A DNA stretch of 64,000 nucleotides from an uncultured Candidatus Actinomarina sp. (GTDB lineage Bacteria > Actinomycetota > Acidimicrobiia > Actinomarinales > Actinomarinaceae), in assembly GCA_902619825.1 (NCBI GenBank), contig CACNFT010000001.1:265534-329533 (forward strand), written 5' to 3'. Made by a program: the position numbers and the translations under genes. Below are positions 19,422 through 28,686 of the stretch, in pieces. The first letter of the stretch is position 1, and every line of letters begins with the position of its first letter. The notes under the pieces are model-generated. The model saw nothing but the letters and a program-made list of their open reading frames with translations, did not search any database and had not been told where the DNA came from.

Positions 19422-20457
19422 CTAATAAAAGTTCCTCTTTTTTTCCAAGTATCCCGCTTGGTCTAAATATCATAAATAACATTATTAGTAAACCAACAAT
19501 AACAAACCTGACACCAGCTAATTGTTGTCCGTCAGGAGATTCAAATAATAGCCTTGAAATGCTGTCTGTTCCTGCAATAATTACCCAAAATATAATAGCA
19601 CCTAATGCTGGACCACCTAAGCTTCCTACTCCTCCTAAAATTAGAGCTGCCCAAATATAAAATGTGAGAACTGGAACAAATGTTGATGCTTGAACAGTTC
19701 CATAATTGAAAACTAAAAATATGCCTGAAAGTCCACCTATTGCAGCCCCAAGCATAAAACTTTGCAGTTTTAACCAAACTGCATTTTTTCCGAGAGCGCG
19801 GACAGCATCTTCATCTTCTCTAACTGCTCTTAAAGCTCTACCCCAAGGTGATTTTTGAAGTCTCGATAAAATTATTATGACTAATACTATTGATATCCAG
19901 GTTAATATTGCAACCCAAAGTTGTGCAGACGAAACATCATACTTTGTACTAATTACATCAACAAAATTTGGTCTATAAACCTGAAGGGAATCTGAAAATT
20001 GTATTATTCCATAAACCCCTCCCGTTAAGTTTTCAAAATCTCGGACTAATAATCTAAAGATCTCTGCTGCTGCAATAGTAACTATTGCAAGATAATCTCC
20101 TCTTAACCTTAAAGTTGGCAAACCAAGAAGCAACCCTAATAGAGCCGAAGCAATCAATCCAAAAATTATTGCTATTGGTAATGGTAGGCCTGTACTTATT
20201 ATTACACCCTCTCTTCCAAGAGAGTGAGGAATTAATAAAACCGTTGTGTATGCTCCTATTCCCATAAATGCTGCATGTCCAAAATTTAGCAAACCAGTCC
20301 ATCCAAAATGAACGTTGATTCCAATTGCAGCTAATCCGTAAACTCCAGCGAATGTAATTAAATTTACAAATACTCTTGCACTTCCAGTGTCGTTGGATAA
20401 AAATATATAAGCTATACAGCCCAATAAAAGTAGGGAAGCTGTGATGTACTTGTTCAT
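19411..20457 (-). CDS. livM: Branched-chain amino-acid ABC transporter permease LivM
   Basis: 348 aa polytopic permease directly upstream of livG, same strand. Confidence 0.8.
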   Translation of the reverse strand: MNKYITASLLLLGCIAYIFLSNDTGSARVFVNLITFAGVYGLAAIGINVHFGWTGLLNFGHAAFMGIGAYTTVLLIPHSLGREGVIISTGLPLPIAIIFGLIASALLGLLLGLPTLRLRGDYLAIVTIAAAEIFRLLVRDFENLTGGVYGIIQFSDSLQVYRPNFVDVISTKYDVSSAQLWVAILTWISIVLVIIILSRLQKSPWGRALRAVREDEDAVRALGKNAVWLKLQSFMLGAAIGGLSGIFLVFNYGTVQASTFVPVLTFYIWAALILGGVGSLGGPALGAIIFWVIIAGTDSISRLLFESPDGQQLAGVRFVIVGLLIMLFMIFRPSGILGKKEELLLDVK

Positions 20458-21371
20458 GAAATCCTATCCTTTGTGCCAAAAATACCCTGAGGCCTGATAA
20501 GCAATATAAGTATCATTAAACCTAAAGCTAGTGCATTTTTTGCTTCAGTATGGCCATCCATAAACTCTAAACCAACACTTAGTTGAACGAGTACTCCTAT
20601 TACAAAACCTCCAAACATTGCTCCAAAGGATGTTCCAATACCACCAAGTACAGTGCCAGCAAAAATTAAGAGAAGGATTAAAAATCCCATATTCCACCTA
20701 ACATTATTTATCACTCCTTGAATAATTCCAGTGAAACCTGCGAGCATGCTTGAGAAAATCCATGTCACTAAAATAATGTAATCAGAATTGATTCCAGTAA
20801 CACTAGCTAAATCTGAAGAGTCACGAACCGCTCTCATTGCCTTACCTGTTTTTGTATAAGTCAAAAACAGACCAACTAATATCATGACAATAAATCCAAG
20901 AACTAACACCTGAACATTTCTGGGTGTAAGTTGAATTCCAAAATAATCTTCTCTTCTTTGAAGTTCTAGTATGAAAGATGATGGTTTAGCGGATGCAAAA
21001 AGAAGATATATATGTCTCAAGAAAATTGAAAGACCAATAGTAACCACAAGAACAGCAATATTACCAAAATTATTTTTTCTCAACGGACGAAATAAAAATA
21101 TTTCTAATGAAGCTCCAAAAATTCCACATAAAATAATACTGATAACTATAGAGCCAAAAAAATTTATCCCTATAGGAGAATACCTATCGAAAAATAAGAG
21201 GCTTGAATCAGGAGATGATGAGAAAAATAAAGTCATAACCGCACCAAGCGCAATTATTTCTCCATGTGCGAAGTTTACAATACGAGTAACGCCATAAAGA
21301 AGGGAGAGAGCTACTGACCCTAATGCAATTATTACACCTAAAAGTAAGCCATTTCCTAATTGTTCAATCAT
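20454..21371 (-). CDS. livH: Branched-chain amino-acid ABC transporter permease LivH
   Basis: 305 aa polytopic permease; 4-nt overlap with livM. Confidence 0.8.
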   Translation of the reverse strand: MIEQLGNGLLLGVIIALGSVALSLLYGVTRIVNFAHGEIIALGAVMTLFFSSSPDSSLLFFDRYSPIGINFFGSIVISIILCGIFGASLEIFLFRPLRKNNFGNIAVLVVTIGLSIFLRHIYLLFASAKPSSFILELQRREDYFGIQLTPRNVQVLVLGFIVMILVGLFLTYTKTGKAMRAVRDSSDLASVTGINSDYIILVTWIFSSMLAGFTGIIQGVINNVRWNMGFLILLLIFAGTVLGGIGTSFGAMFGGFVIGVLVQLSVGLEFMDGHTEAKNALALGLMILILLIRPQGIFGTKDRIS

Positions 21372-21377
21372 GAAGTT

Positions 21378-22223
21378 TTACCCATTTCTAAATATTACTT
21401 GTGAACCATCAATAATTTCAATTATTACAGTATAGGTTTTATCAGGATAATTTAATTTCCCAACACTAGCATCGAGCCACTGATTAGGTACAGTTGCCTG
21501 ACCTTTTACAAGTATTGATAAGTCTTTTGATACCGTTACTTCATAGTTTCCACTCAATAAAAGTTTCTCGATCTCAAGATTGGAACCTAAATATATTTCA
21601 CCAGTACCAGAAAGTTTTGAAGGTTGTAACTTTATGTCATTTAAATTAATGAATGAATCAAGTGAAAAAATATCTAGTTCCCAAACGTTTTGATTACCTA
21701 AACTTATATTCCACCCTTTTACTTTTAATAATCTACTGGTTTCTATCTCTCTAAATATTATGGCTCTGGGTTCTCCAAGAACGGTCTCTATTGCTTCTGG
21801 ATAACCAACATTTCCTGGTTCATCAATTATTTCAGCTGTGTAGCCCCTGCCCTGAAAACCGTTAAGATTTACTTTTCCATCAAGATCAATTAATAATGAG
21901 TAGTTTAAATCAGAACTTAATTCGTTATTTAGAAAAAATGAATCATACTTATAAGTAGTTAAAAATTTCGAATCAAATAAATGTCCAAATGAAAAAATCA
22001 AAATAACAACTATCAAAAAAATATTCACTATATTTCTTAACAATTCATAAAAAGAAGCCCTTTTAAAAATTATTACCAACAGAATCGGCAATATCGTAAT
22101 AGGCCAATAATCAATATAGTCATAAATTATTGAGGGACGAAGATAGCCTAAAAAATAGAATGTGATTTGTGCAAGTAACAAAAAATACAGAGTGAACCTG
22201 ATTGTATGTTGATAATAATTCAA
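21378..22223 (-). CDS. Hypothetical membrane-anchored protein (3 N-terminal TM helices + ~200-aa extracytoplasmic beta-rich domain)
   Basis: 281 aa ORF with TTG start, 6 bp upstream of livH on the same strand; repeated V/T/I-rich strands (...YEVTVSKDLSILVKGQATVP..., ...TYTVIIEIIDGSQVIF...). Confidence 0.4.
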   Translation of the reverse strand: MNYYQHTIRFTLYFLLLAQITFYFLGYLRPSIIYDYIDYWPITILPILLVIIFKRASFYELLRNIVNIFLIVVILIFSFGHLFDSKFLTTYKYDSFFLNNELSSDLNYSLLIDLDGKVNLNGFQGRGYTAEIIDEPGNVGYPEAIETVLGEPRAIIFREIETSRLLKVKGWNISLGNQNVWELDIFSLDSFINLNDIKLQPSKLSGTGEIYLGSNLEIEKLLLSGNYEVTVSKDLSILVKGQATVPNQWLDASVGKLNYPDKTYTVIIEIIDGSQVIFRNG

Positions 22224-22227
22224 TTTG

Positions 22228-22299
22228 AGCCGGAGAGGGGAGTTGAACCCCTGACCTGCCGCTTACAAGGCGGCTGCTCTACCACTGAGCTACTCCGGC
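22228..22299 (-). tRNA. tRNA-Thr (anticodon TGT)
   Basis: Reverse complement folds as a cloverleaf: acceptor GCCGGAG/CTCCGGC, D-arm TAGCTCAGTGGTAGAGCA, anticodon stem GCCGC/GCGGC with loop CTTGTAA, T-arm GGGGTTCAACTCCCC; CCA not encoded. Confidence 0.85.
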
Positions 22300-22337
22300 G
22301 AATAGTTAAATATTAGCAAATATCAAAGTTGAACAAA

Positions 22338-23069
22338 TTATTTTTTTATAAATATGTGTTGCATTGCAATTCCAGCAGCAACTGAGACATTTAAAGATTC
22401 TATATCTTTTGACATTTGGATTCTTACAACATTATCAAGTTTGTTTTTGATTTCATCACTCAACCCTTTTTCCTCTGAGCCAATAAAAAAGGCCAAGTTC
22501 TGGCTTCCAAGATCTAAACTTTGTATATCGGTTACTCCATACATGTCCAAGCCTATTGTCCAAACATCCAAAGATTGAAATTTCTTTAGTAAACTAAAAA
22601 TTGATTTATATTCTAAAATATCTATTTTTTCTAATCCACCAGAAGAAATCTTAAAAGTTCTCTCACTTAATCGTGCTGATCTTCTTTCTGGGACACACAT
22701 CACATTAAAATCAAATGATGCAGCTGAGCGAGCAATAGCACCAAGATTATTTGTGTCTTGAATGTGGTCACATACTATAAAGTTTGTAGTGTTAAATTTT
22801 TTTAAATCTGACTCATTAAATATTTTTTTGGGTTTACACAATGCAGCTACATACTCCGTTGAAGTAAATTTCCACTCATTTTTGCTTTTGATGTTTGTGA
22901 CTTTTGCTTTTTTTTGTTGAGCAATTTTAATTAAGCCTTGAACTTTTTTTGAATCTATATTCTTTTCTAGAATTACTAGTTCTAAGACTCTGTTATTTTC
23001 TAGTGCAGAAATTACAGAATTATAACCTTCAACTATTTTTCCAATACCATCCGACATTTTCACCATCAT
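22338..23069 (-). CDS. rlmB: TrmH/SpoU-family RNA 2'-O-methyltransferase (RlmB-like)
   Basis: C-terminal SpoU methylase motifs (CDHIQDTNNLGAIARSA..., FFIGSEEKGLS); conserved position downstream of cysS as in mycobacteria (Rv3579c). Confidence 0.75.
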   Translation of the reverse strand: MMVKMSDGIGKIVEGYNSVISALENNRVLELVILEKNIDSKKVQGLIKIAQQKKAKVTNIKSKNEWKFTSTEYVAALCKPKKIFNESDLKKFNTTNFIVCDHIQDTNNLGAIARSAASFDFNVMCVPERRSARLSERTFKISSGGLEKIDILEYKSIFSLLKKFQSLDVWTIGLDMYGVTDIQSLDLGSQNLAFFIGSEEKGLSDEIKNKLDNVVRIQMSKDIESLNVSVAAGIAMQHIFIKK

Positions 23070-24426
23070 TCATGACTATTCCAATCTCTAATAAATCTTC
23101 CCTCATTTTGTCAGCTTCACCATATTTCTTGTTTAATCTAAAGTCTTCCCTTTTAAGTGAAAACTCACTCATTGCAGTTTCGATATCATTAAATTGAATA
23201 TCATATTTGGCAAAAAATTTAGATAATAATTTTTCTTCTACTATGTTTTGTTTTGAAGTATCTAGTTCAAATCCAAGAATTTCAAATATGAATTTCACTG
23301 TTTGTTTAATTTTTAATGTACTTTCTTTATCTAAATTACTTGTATCTTTTATTTTCTCAAAAATTTCGCCAAGAAGCTTTGGAGTATTCATATCATCATT
23401 CATACATTTAATGAAAACATCAACTGTGTCATTATCATTCGGTTCTGCAACAACATCTTTTGTAAATTCAGCTAAATTGTTCAAAGTTTTTTTTGTCTCT
23501 ATAAGCAACTGCTCGCTAAATTCTTGTGGACTTCTGTAATGGGCTCTCAAAAAAAAGAATCTAACAACATCTCCACCATATTCATCAATGTATTCATTAA
23601 GTAATTTCACATTTCCGTCTGATTTTGACATTTTTTTTCCCGAAAGGTTCAACATTCCATTGTGTAGCCAATAGTTTGCAAAATTCTCGTTAATATCAAC
23701 ACCTTTAGATTGAGCAATCTCATTTTCATGATGTGGAAAAATTAGATCGATTCCTCCACAATGAAAGTCGATTGTTTTACCTAATGTTTCACTGATCATT
23801 GTTGAACATTCTATATGCCATCCTGGTCGACCATTTCCCCAAGGAGAATCCCAAAATGGTTCATTTTCTTTAGAGAACTTCCATAAAGCAAAGTCTTCCG
23901 CTCTTTTTTTATCATCTTCTGTTTCAACCCTTGTACCAGTCCTTACATCCTCAATGCTTCTCCCCGATAACTCAAGATATTCCTCAAATTTTGAAACATC
24001 ATAATAAACCCCGGAACTTGTAACATAACCAAACCCATTTTGAACTAGCTGTTCAATATATTTGATAATTTCAGGAATATAAGCTGTGGCCCTTGGTTCA
24101 ATATCAGGAACCAAGCAATTGAGGTTTTCATGGGCTAAAACAAACTCTTTCCAAACATTATCTCCAAGTTCACGATAACTTATATTTTTTTCCTGTGATT
24201 TTTCGATTATTTTATCATCTATATCTGTGATATTTCTTGCAAATAATACTGAATAATTTAAATACTTAAGGTATCTTATAAAAAAATCAAATACTACAGC
24301 TGATCTTCCATGTCCTAGATGAGGAGATGATTGGACAGTTGGTCCACAAAGATAGATCTTTACATCATCTTGATCTATCTTTATTTCTTCCTGTTTTTTA
24401 GTAAGTGAATTATATAATTTAAGCAT
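23029..24426 (-). CDS. cysS: Cysteine--tRNA ligase
   Basis: HIGH-like HLGHGRSAVVFD, KMSKS, and Zn-binding Cys residues; 465 aa. Confidence 0.92.
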   Translation of the reverse strand: MLKLYNSLTKKQEEIKIDQDDVKIYLCGPTVQSSPHLGHGRSAVVFDFFIRYLKYLNYSVLFARNITDIDDKIIEKSQEKNISYRELGDNVWKEFVLAHENLNCLVPDIEPRATAYIPEIIKYIEQLVQNGFGYVTSSGVYYDVSKFEEYLELSGRSIEDVRTGTRVETEDDKKRAEDFALWKFSKENEPFWDSPWGNGRPGWHIECSTMISETLGKTIDFHCGGIDLIFPHHENEIAQSKGVDINENFANYWLHNGMLNLSGKKMSKSDGNVKLLNEYIDEYGGDVVRFFFLRAHYRSPQEFSEQLLIETKKTLNNLAEFTKDVVAEPNDNDTVDVFIKCMNDDMNTPKLLGEIFEKIKDTSNLDKESTLKIKQTVKFIFEILGFELDTSKQNIVEEKLLSKFFAKYDIQFNDIETAMSEFSLKREDFRLNKKYGEADKMREDLLEIGIVMNDGENVGWYWKNS

Positions 24427-24889
24427 TATCTAATAACAAGCTTACTATCGCTAATGAAGCTTTTTGGTCTCCAATTATTCCATAATCATCTGTGGATTTT
24501 CCTTTAATATTTATTTTTTCTACAGGAACCGTAAGTAATTTTGACAAATTATTTTGAATCTTCAATGCTTTATCTTGAACATTAAATTTTTGAGTGATAA
24601 TTGTTATGTCCACATTTGATAATATGAATTTCTCATATTCAACAACATTTAAAATCTTTGACAAAATATCTGTACTTGGAATATCTTTTGGGGTAGATTC
24701 ATTAGATGGAAAATAATGACCCAAGTCTTTTTTTCCAGTTGCTCCTAATAATGCATCACAAAGCGCGTGTAGAAGAATATCTCCATCAGAATGTCCTTCA
24801 AATCCCTGTTCGTCAAAATTGACACCACCAAGTTTTAAAGTCTTGTTTTCTGAATGTTGGTGTAAATCCCAACCATGACCAATTAACAT
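24419..24889 (-). CDS. ispF: 2-C-methyl-D-erythritol 2,4-cyclodiphosphate synthase
   Basis: GHSDGDILLHALCDALLGA signature; 156 aa, monofunctional (not an IspDF fusion). Confidence 0.9.
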   Translation of the reverse strand: MLIGHGWDLHQHSENKTLKLGGVNFDEQGFEGHSDGDILLHALCDALLGATGKKDLGHYFPSNESTPKDIPSTDILSKILNVVEYEKFILSNVDITIITQKFNVQDKALKIQNNLSKLLTVPVEKINIKGKSTDDYGIIGDQKASLAIVSLLLDNA

Positions 24890-24912
24890 TTTCTAAAAGT
24901 ATTTTAAATAGA

Positions 24913-25467
24913 TTATAACCCGTCGTCTGGCTCTTCCTCTGGAAGATATTGATTAATTTTCTCTACAGCAGCTTCTTCATCTATTTCTAATGCGCATGCT
25001 ATTTCACTTGCTAGGGTCATTCTTGCTTTTGCAAGCATTCTTTTAAGTGCAGGTGATATTCCTTTATTTATTTGTGCATGTGAAAGATCCCTTACGACTT
25101 CAGCAACCTGTATAACATCACCAGATGTCATTTTTTCAGTTAAAACTTTATACCATCTACTCCAGTTTGTACCAGCCTCTTCAGGTTTTTCTTTAAATAT
25201 TGGAAAAACTTTTCTAGAGACTGCACTTTTGGATATTACTGGTCTTATTACTTCATCTACAGCTTCAACAGGAACCATAACTGTTAAGCCATCCATTAAG
25301 ACCTCAATTTCAAAATATTGAATTCTTTTTGATTTTGGCTCACCCTCAACAAAAATCTCAACATTTTTATTAACTTTACGAATTACTTTTGCTGCACCAT
25401 GATGTGGGTGGACCACAAATGTATTTGGTCGATATTTTTCCTTAGGTTTTTTAGCTTTTGTTGCCAT
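24913..25467 (-). CDS. carD: CarD-family RNA polymerase-binding transcription factor
   Basis: VVHPHHGAAKV Tudor-like N-terminus, TNWSRWYK and VAEVVRDL motifs conserved in mycobacterial CarD; Lys-rich 14-aa N-terminal extension. Confidence 0.85.
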   Translation of the reverse strand: MATKAKKPKEKYRPNTFVVHPHHGAAKVIRKVNKNVEIFVEGEPKSKRIQYFEIEVLMDGLTVMVPVEAVDEVIRPVISKSAVSRKVFPIFKEKPEEAGTNWSRWYKVLTEKMTSGDVIQVAEVVRDLSHAQINKGISPALKRMLAKARMTLASEIACALEIDEEAAVEKINQYLPEEEPDDGL

Positions 25468-25499
25468 AGATTAAAACAATAGTATAGATTGAAAACTAT

Positions 25500-26540
25500 T
25501 TAGTTACCATTTATGTAACTAAATCCTATGTTTTTTAGAAGCGTATCAAAATATTCTCTTAGTTGTTGTGCTCTATTCCTACCAATCCCGTCGACTTCAA
25601 ATAGCTTATCGGTAGATGCCAATAATAAATTAGGTAATGATTTAAATTTTGACACTAAAGAGTCATGTAAATTATCTGGGAGGCCTGGAAATCTTGCAAG
25701 AACCCTGTATCCTTTTGGAGTCGATACTTGATCTAAGGGTTGCATATACAATAGATTTCCTAAAGTTTGTATTGAATTTAGTTCTTCGTAAGTTAAGTTA
25801 GAGATTTCATCAGCAGCTTTACTAATATTTCTAAATTTTCTAGTAGGTAAATGATCTTTTAATACCAGGTCTAATGTTTGTCTAACACCTGACTCTAATG
25901 AATCTATCTGAATCATAACTAAGCCTGAGTCCTCACCCAAGTTTTCAGCTTCATTTCTTACTTGTTCAGATAATCTACCTAGTAATTCCCCCCTTTGAAC
26001 AACTTCCAAAACCTGCTGATTTGTTATAGAATTTTCAATTTCTAATTCACCTAGCTCAAATACAGCATCATCAAACCTTCTTCTAGTTCTATCAATAGAT
26101 TGAAGAGACTCATTAACTCTTCCAAGAATCATTGACGACTCTTCTAATTCATTGACTTCATCTTTTGAAAATACTTTTATTATTCCTGATTCGTCAGAAA
26201 CAGCAATTACATCTAGCTCTGTTTCAACTGATACTCTATGTGCTGTTCTGTGCCTGGTCCCAGTTTGAGAAGTTTCTATTCTATCTGATGGATTCAAATG
26301 AACATTTGCTTTTAAAATCTGATTTACATTTTTATCAACTACAATTGCTCCATCCATTTTTGCAAGTTCGCCTAACATTTCTGATGTAAAGTCACAATTA
26401 GTTAGATTGATACCTCCTGAAGAAATTCTTTCTAATTTTGCTGAATTACCAACAACAATCAATGCTCCAGTTTTTTTATCAGCAATTAAGTCCACACCCT
26501 CTCTTAGTGGTTGTCCCGGTATCAATTGATTATTTTTCAT
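25500..26540 (-). CDS. disA: DNA integrity scanning protein DisA (diadenylate cyclase)
   Basis: N-terminal DAC domain motifs (DGALIV, GTRHRTAHRVS), central helical linker, C-terminal HhH (GIGRNRAQQL). Confidence 0.85.
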   Translation of the reverse strand: MKNNQLIPGQPLREGVDLIADKKTGALIVVGNSAKLERISSGGINLTNCDFTSEMLGELAKMDGAIVVDKNVNQILKANVHLNPSDRIETSQTGTRHRTAHRVSVETELDVIAVSDESGIIKVFSKDEVNELEESSMILGRVNESLQSIDRTRRRFDDAVFELGELEIENSITNQQVLEVVQRGELLGRLSEQVRNEAENLGEDSGLVMIQIDSLESGVRQTLDLVLKDHLPTRKFRNISKAADEISNLTYEELNSIQTLGNLLYMQPLDQVSTPKGYRVLARFPGLPDNLHDSLVSKFKSLPNLLLASTDKLFEVDGIGRNRAQQLREYFDTLLKNIGFSYINGN

Positions 26541-26620
26541 ATTTGCTCGTTTTATTATTTGAGTATTTTATTTATTCGAATGTTACTGTATTATTTTATT
26601 ATTAATCAACAGGAAAAATA

Positions 26621-27442
26621 TTGGAAAAAATTACTTGTAAAGGCTGTCAAGCAACAGTTGATAACACTCTAGAATTTTGTTCTAGTTGTGGTGAGTGGCT
26701 TGGATTAAAATTGGAAGAGCCTGTTGATGAAGTAAAAGTTGAAGATTCATCAGAAACAAAAAAACAGAGAATTGAAAGGCTCATGGAGCTTCCGGTAAAA
26801 CCATTGAGTAATTACGGAGCAACTAGTCTTCCAAACAGAAAAGAAGTTCCTGGAATAAGAGCAGTATTCTTTTTAGCATTATTAGTTCCTCTCATTGCAG
26901 GTGCAAGCTTTTTTTACAACAGCAGAGTAGCAGACGAAGTTATTCAAGAAATAGCTGTTATTGAACAAACAACAATTACTTCAACTAGCACTACCGTTCA
27001 AGGTAATTTGAAACCCCAAGTGCCAATTTCCTGTAAAGCTTCAAGCGCTTTTCCAGGTGATGATTTTTCATGCGAAAATCTATACGATGATTCTAATTCA
27101 ATGTGGCAGGATAATAGTCTAAGTTGTAAAGACGCAACACTTGAGTTCACATTTGATGACGCAATCTATTTTGAATTTATAGTTATACAAAATGCAGAGA
27201 AAAGTTCATCATTTATCAGAAATTTTAAAGCAAGAGATATAAGAATTACAACAGACCAAAGTGATTATGAAGTTGAAAAAGAACTTGAAAATGATAATTT
27301 TCAGCAGTGGATTGACCTAAATACTACTGCTAACACAATAAAAATTGAGGTTCTAAGTGCTTATCCTGGTGAGGAATTAAATGGGCAAAATCCATTTACA
27401 GAATGTGCAATGCAAGAAATTAAATTCTTTGGAAAAAGTTAA
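26621..27442 (+). CDS. Hypothetical single-pass membrane protein: N-terminal CxxC...CxxC zinc ribbon, TM helix, extracytoplasmic beta-rich (discoidin/galactose-binding-like) domain
   Basis: CKGCQATVDNTLEFCSSCGEW zinc-ribbon; hydrophobic stretch IRAVFFLALLVPLIAGASFFY; C-terminal domain with conserved W/F/Cys pattern; divergent from disA. Confidence 0.45.
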   Translation: MEKITCKGCQATVDNTLEFCSSCGEWLGLKLEEPVDEVKVEDSSETKKQRIERLMELPVKPLSNYGATSLPNRKEVPGIRAVFFLALLVPLIAGASFFYNSRVADEVIQEIAVIEQTTITSTSTTVQGNLKPQVPISCKASSAFPGDDFSCENLYDDSNSMWQDNSLSCKDATLEFTFDDAIYFEFIVIQNAEKSSSFIRNFKARDIRITTDQSDYEVEKELENDNFQQWIDLNTTANTIKIEVLSAYPGEELNGQNPFTECAMQEIKFFGKS

Positions 27443-28686
27443 TTTAATTCACCTTTTTTATAAGGAACCCCAATTTTTTCAGGCAACTTAATTCTTTGAT
27501 TTGAAAAAGATAGAACAATTAGGGTAGTTATATGAGGTGTGAAGTAAACAAATTGGTTAGGGATACTTTCAGAATTCAGGAACCAAATCAAGAATCCTGA
27601 ACTGAGCACTAAAGAAATCAGGCTAGGTATATATTTTTTTTCAAAAAGTGTTTTTAAAGCTAATACAAATAAAAATATTGCAATTATTACTAATAATCCA
27701 TGAACTGCTTTTGGAGATCTAAGTTGTAAAGCATCAGCAAATCCAAAAAGTCCTGACCCCATCAAAATACCAAAAGGTTTATAGTTTCCAAACAACATAG
27801 ACGCTAATCCAATAAAACCTCTACCACCTGTCTGGCCTTCAAGATATATTCCTGTTCCAGCAATCACAAGATAAGCACCTGCTAAACCTGACAAAGCTCC
27901 AGATATCGTAACACCTATATATTTCATTAGATAAACGTTTACACCAAGTGATTCACTCCCGGTGGGATATTCACCAACACTTCTCATTTGAAGACCGATG
28001 GGTGTATTCCATAATACAAAAACCGACAAGGGAACTATTGCTAAGGCAAAAATCGTCAAATGAGATATGTTTGATAAAAAACCCAGAACAAGTCCTGCAA
28101 AATCTGAAACTAGAAAAATGTTTAGCTCTTCAATGTATCCAAAAAGGTTTGAAGTTTCTTCTCCATTAATTTGTCCTCCAGCAAGATACGGAACTGTCAA
28201 TTTGCCAATATCACCTGTGATTCTTGGAGATGCTGTAGAGCTTGCAAAAGCGATATCTTCAAATGCGATAACGTTTAGAAATCTTGCTACACCAGCAGCA
28301 AGAATATTTATCGCCACACCTGAAACAATATGATCAACTTGGAAAGAGACTGTTGCTATTGCATGTATTAATCCAAAGAGTGCTCCTCCAAGCATACCTA
28401 TGAAAACGCCTTGCCATGCACCAAAAGTAAAACCACCCCATGCTCCAAACCATGTGCCCATAATCATCATGCCTTCAAGTCCAATATTTACTACTCCTGT
28501 TTTTTCAGAATAAAGCCCACCAAGTCCTGCAAGCATAATTGGTATAGCTAATCGAATTGCTGCACCAAATGTTCCACTTGTAGTTAGCTGAGAATATTCC
28601 TCCATTTGAGCAACAATTAGTACAAGCAATATAGGTGTTATTACAATATATCTTCTAAATATTGACCGAAAAATATTTTGTGTCAT
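27439..28686 (-). CDS. ABC transporter permease (BMP/nucleoside-type uptake system, YufQ-like)
   Basis: 415 aa polytopic; operon with BMP-family binding protein and tandem-NBD ATPase. Confidence 0.75.
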   Translation of the reverse strand: MTQNIFRSIFRRYIVITPILLVLIVAQMEEYSQLTTSGTFGAAIRLAIPIMLAGLGGLYSEKTGVVNIGLEGMMIMGTWFGAWGGFTFGAWQGVFIGMLGGALFGLIHAIATVSFQVDHIVSGVAINILAAGVARFLNVIAFEDIAFASSTASPRITGDIGKLTVPYLAGGQINGEETSNLFGYIEELNIFLVSDFAGLVLGFLSNISHLTIFALAIVPLSVFVLWNTPIGLQMRSVGEYPTGSESLGVNVYLMKYIGVTISGALSGLAGAYLVIAGTGIYLEGQTGGRGFIGLASMLFGNYKPFGILMGSGLFGFADALQLRSPKAVHGLLVIIAIFLFVLALKTLFEKKYIPSLISLVLSSGFLIWFLNSESIPNQFVYFTPHITTLIVLSFSNQRIKLPEKIGVPYKKGELN

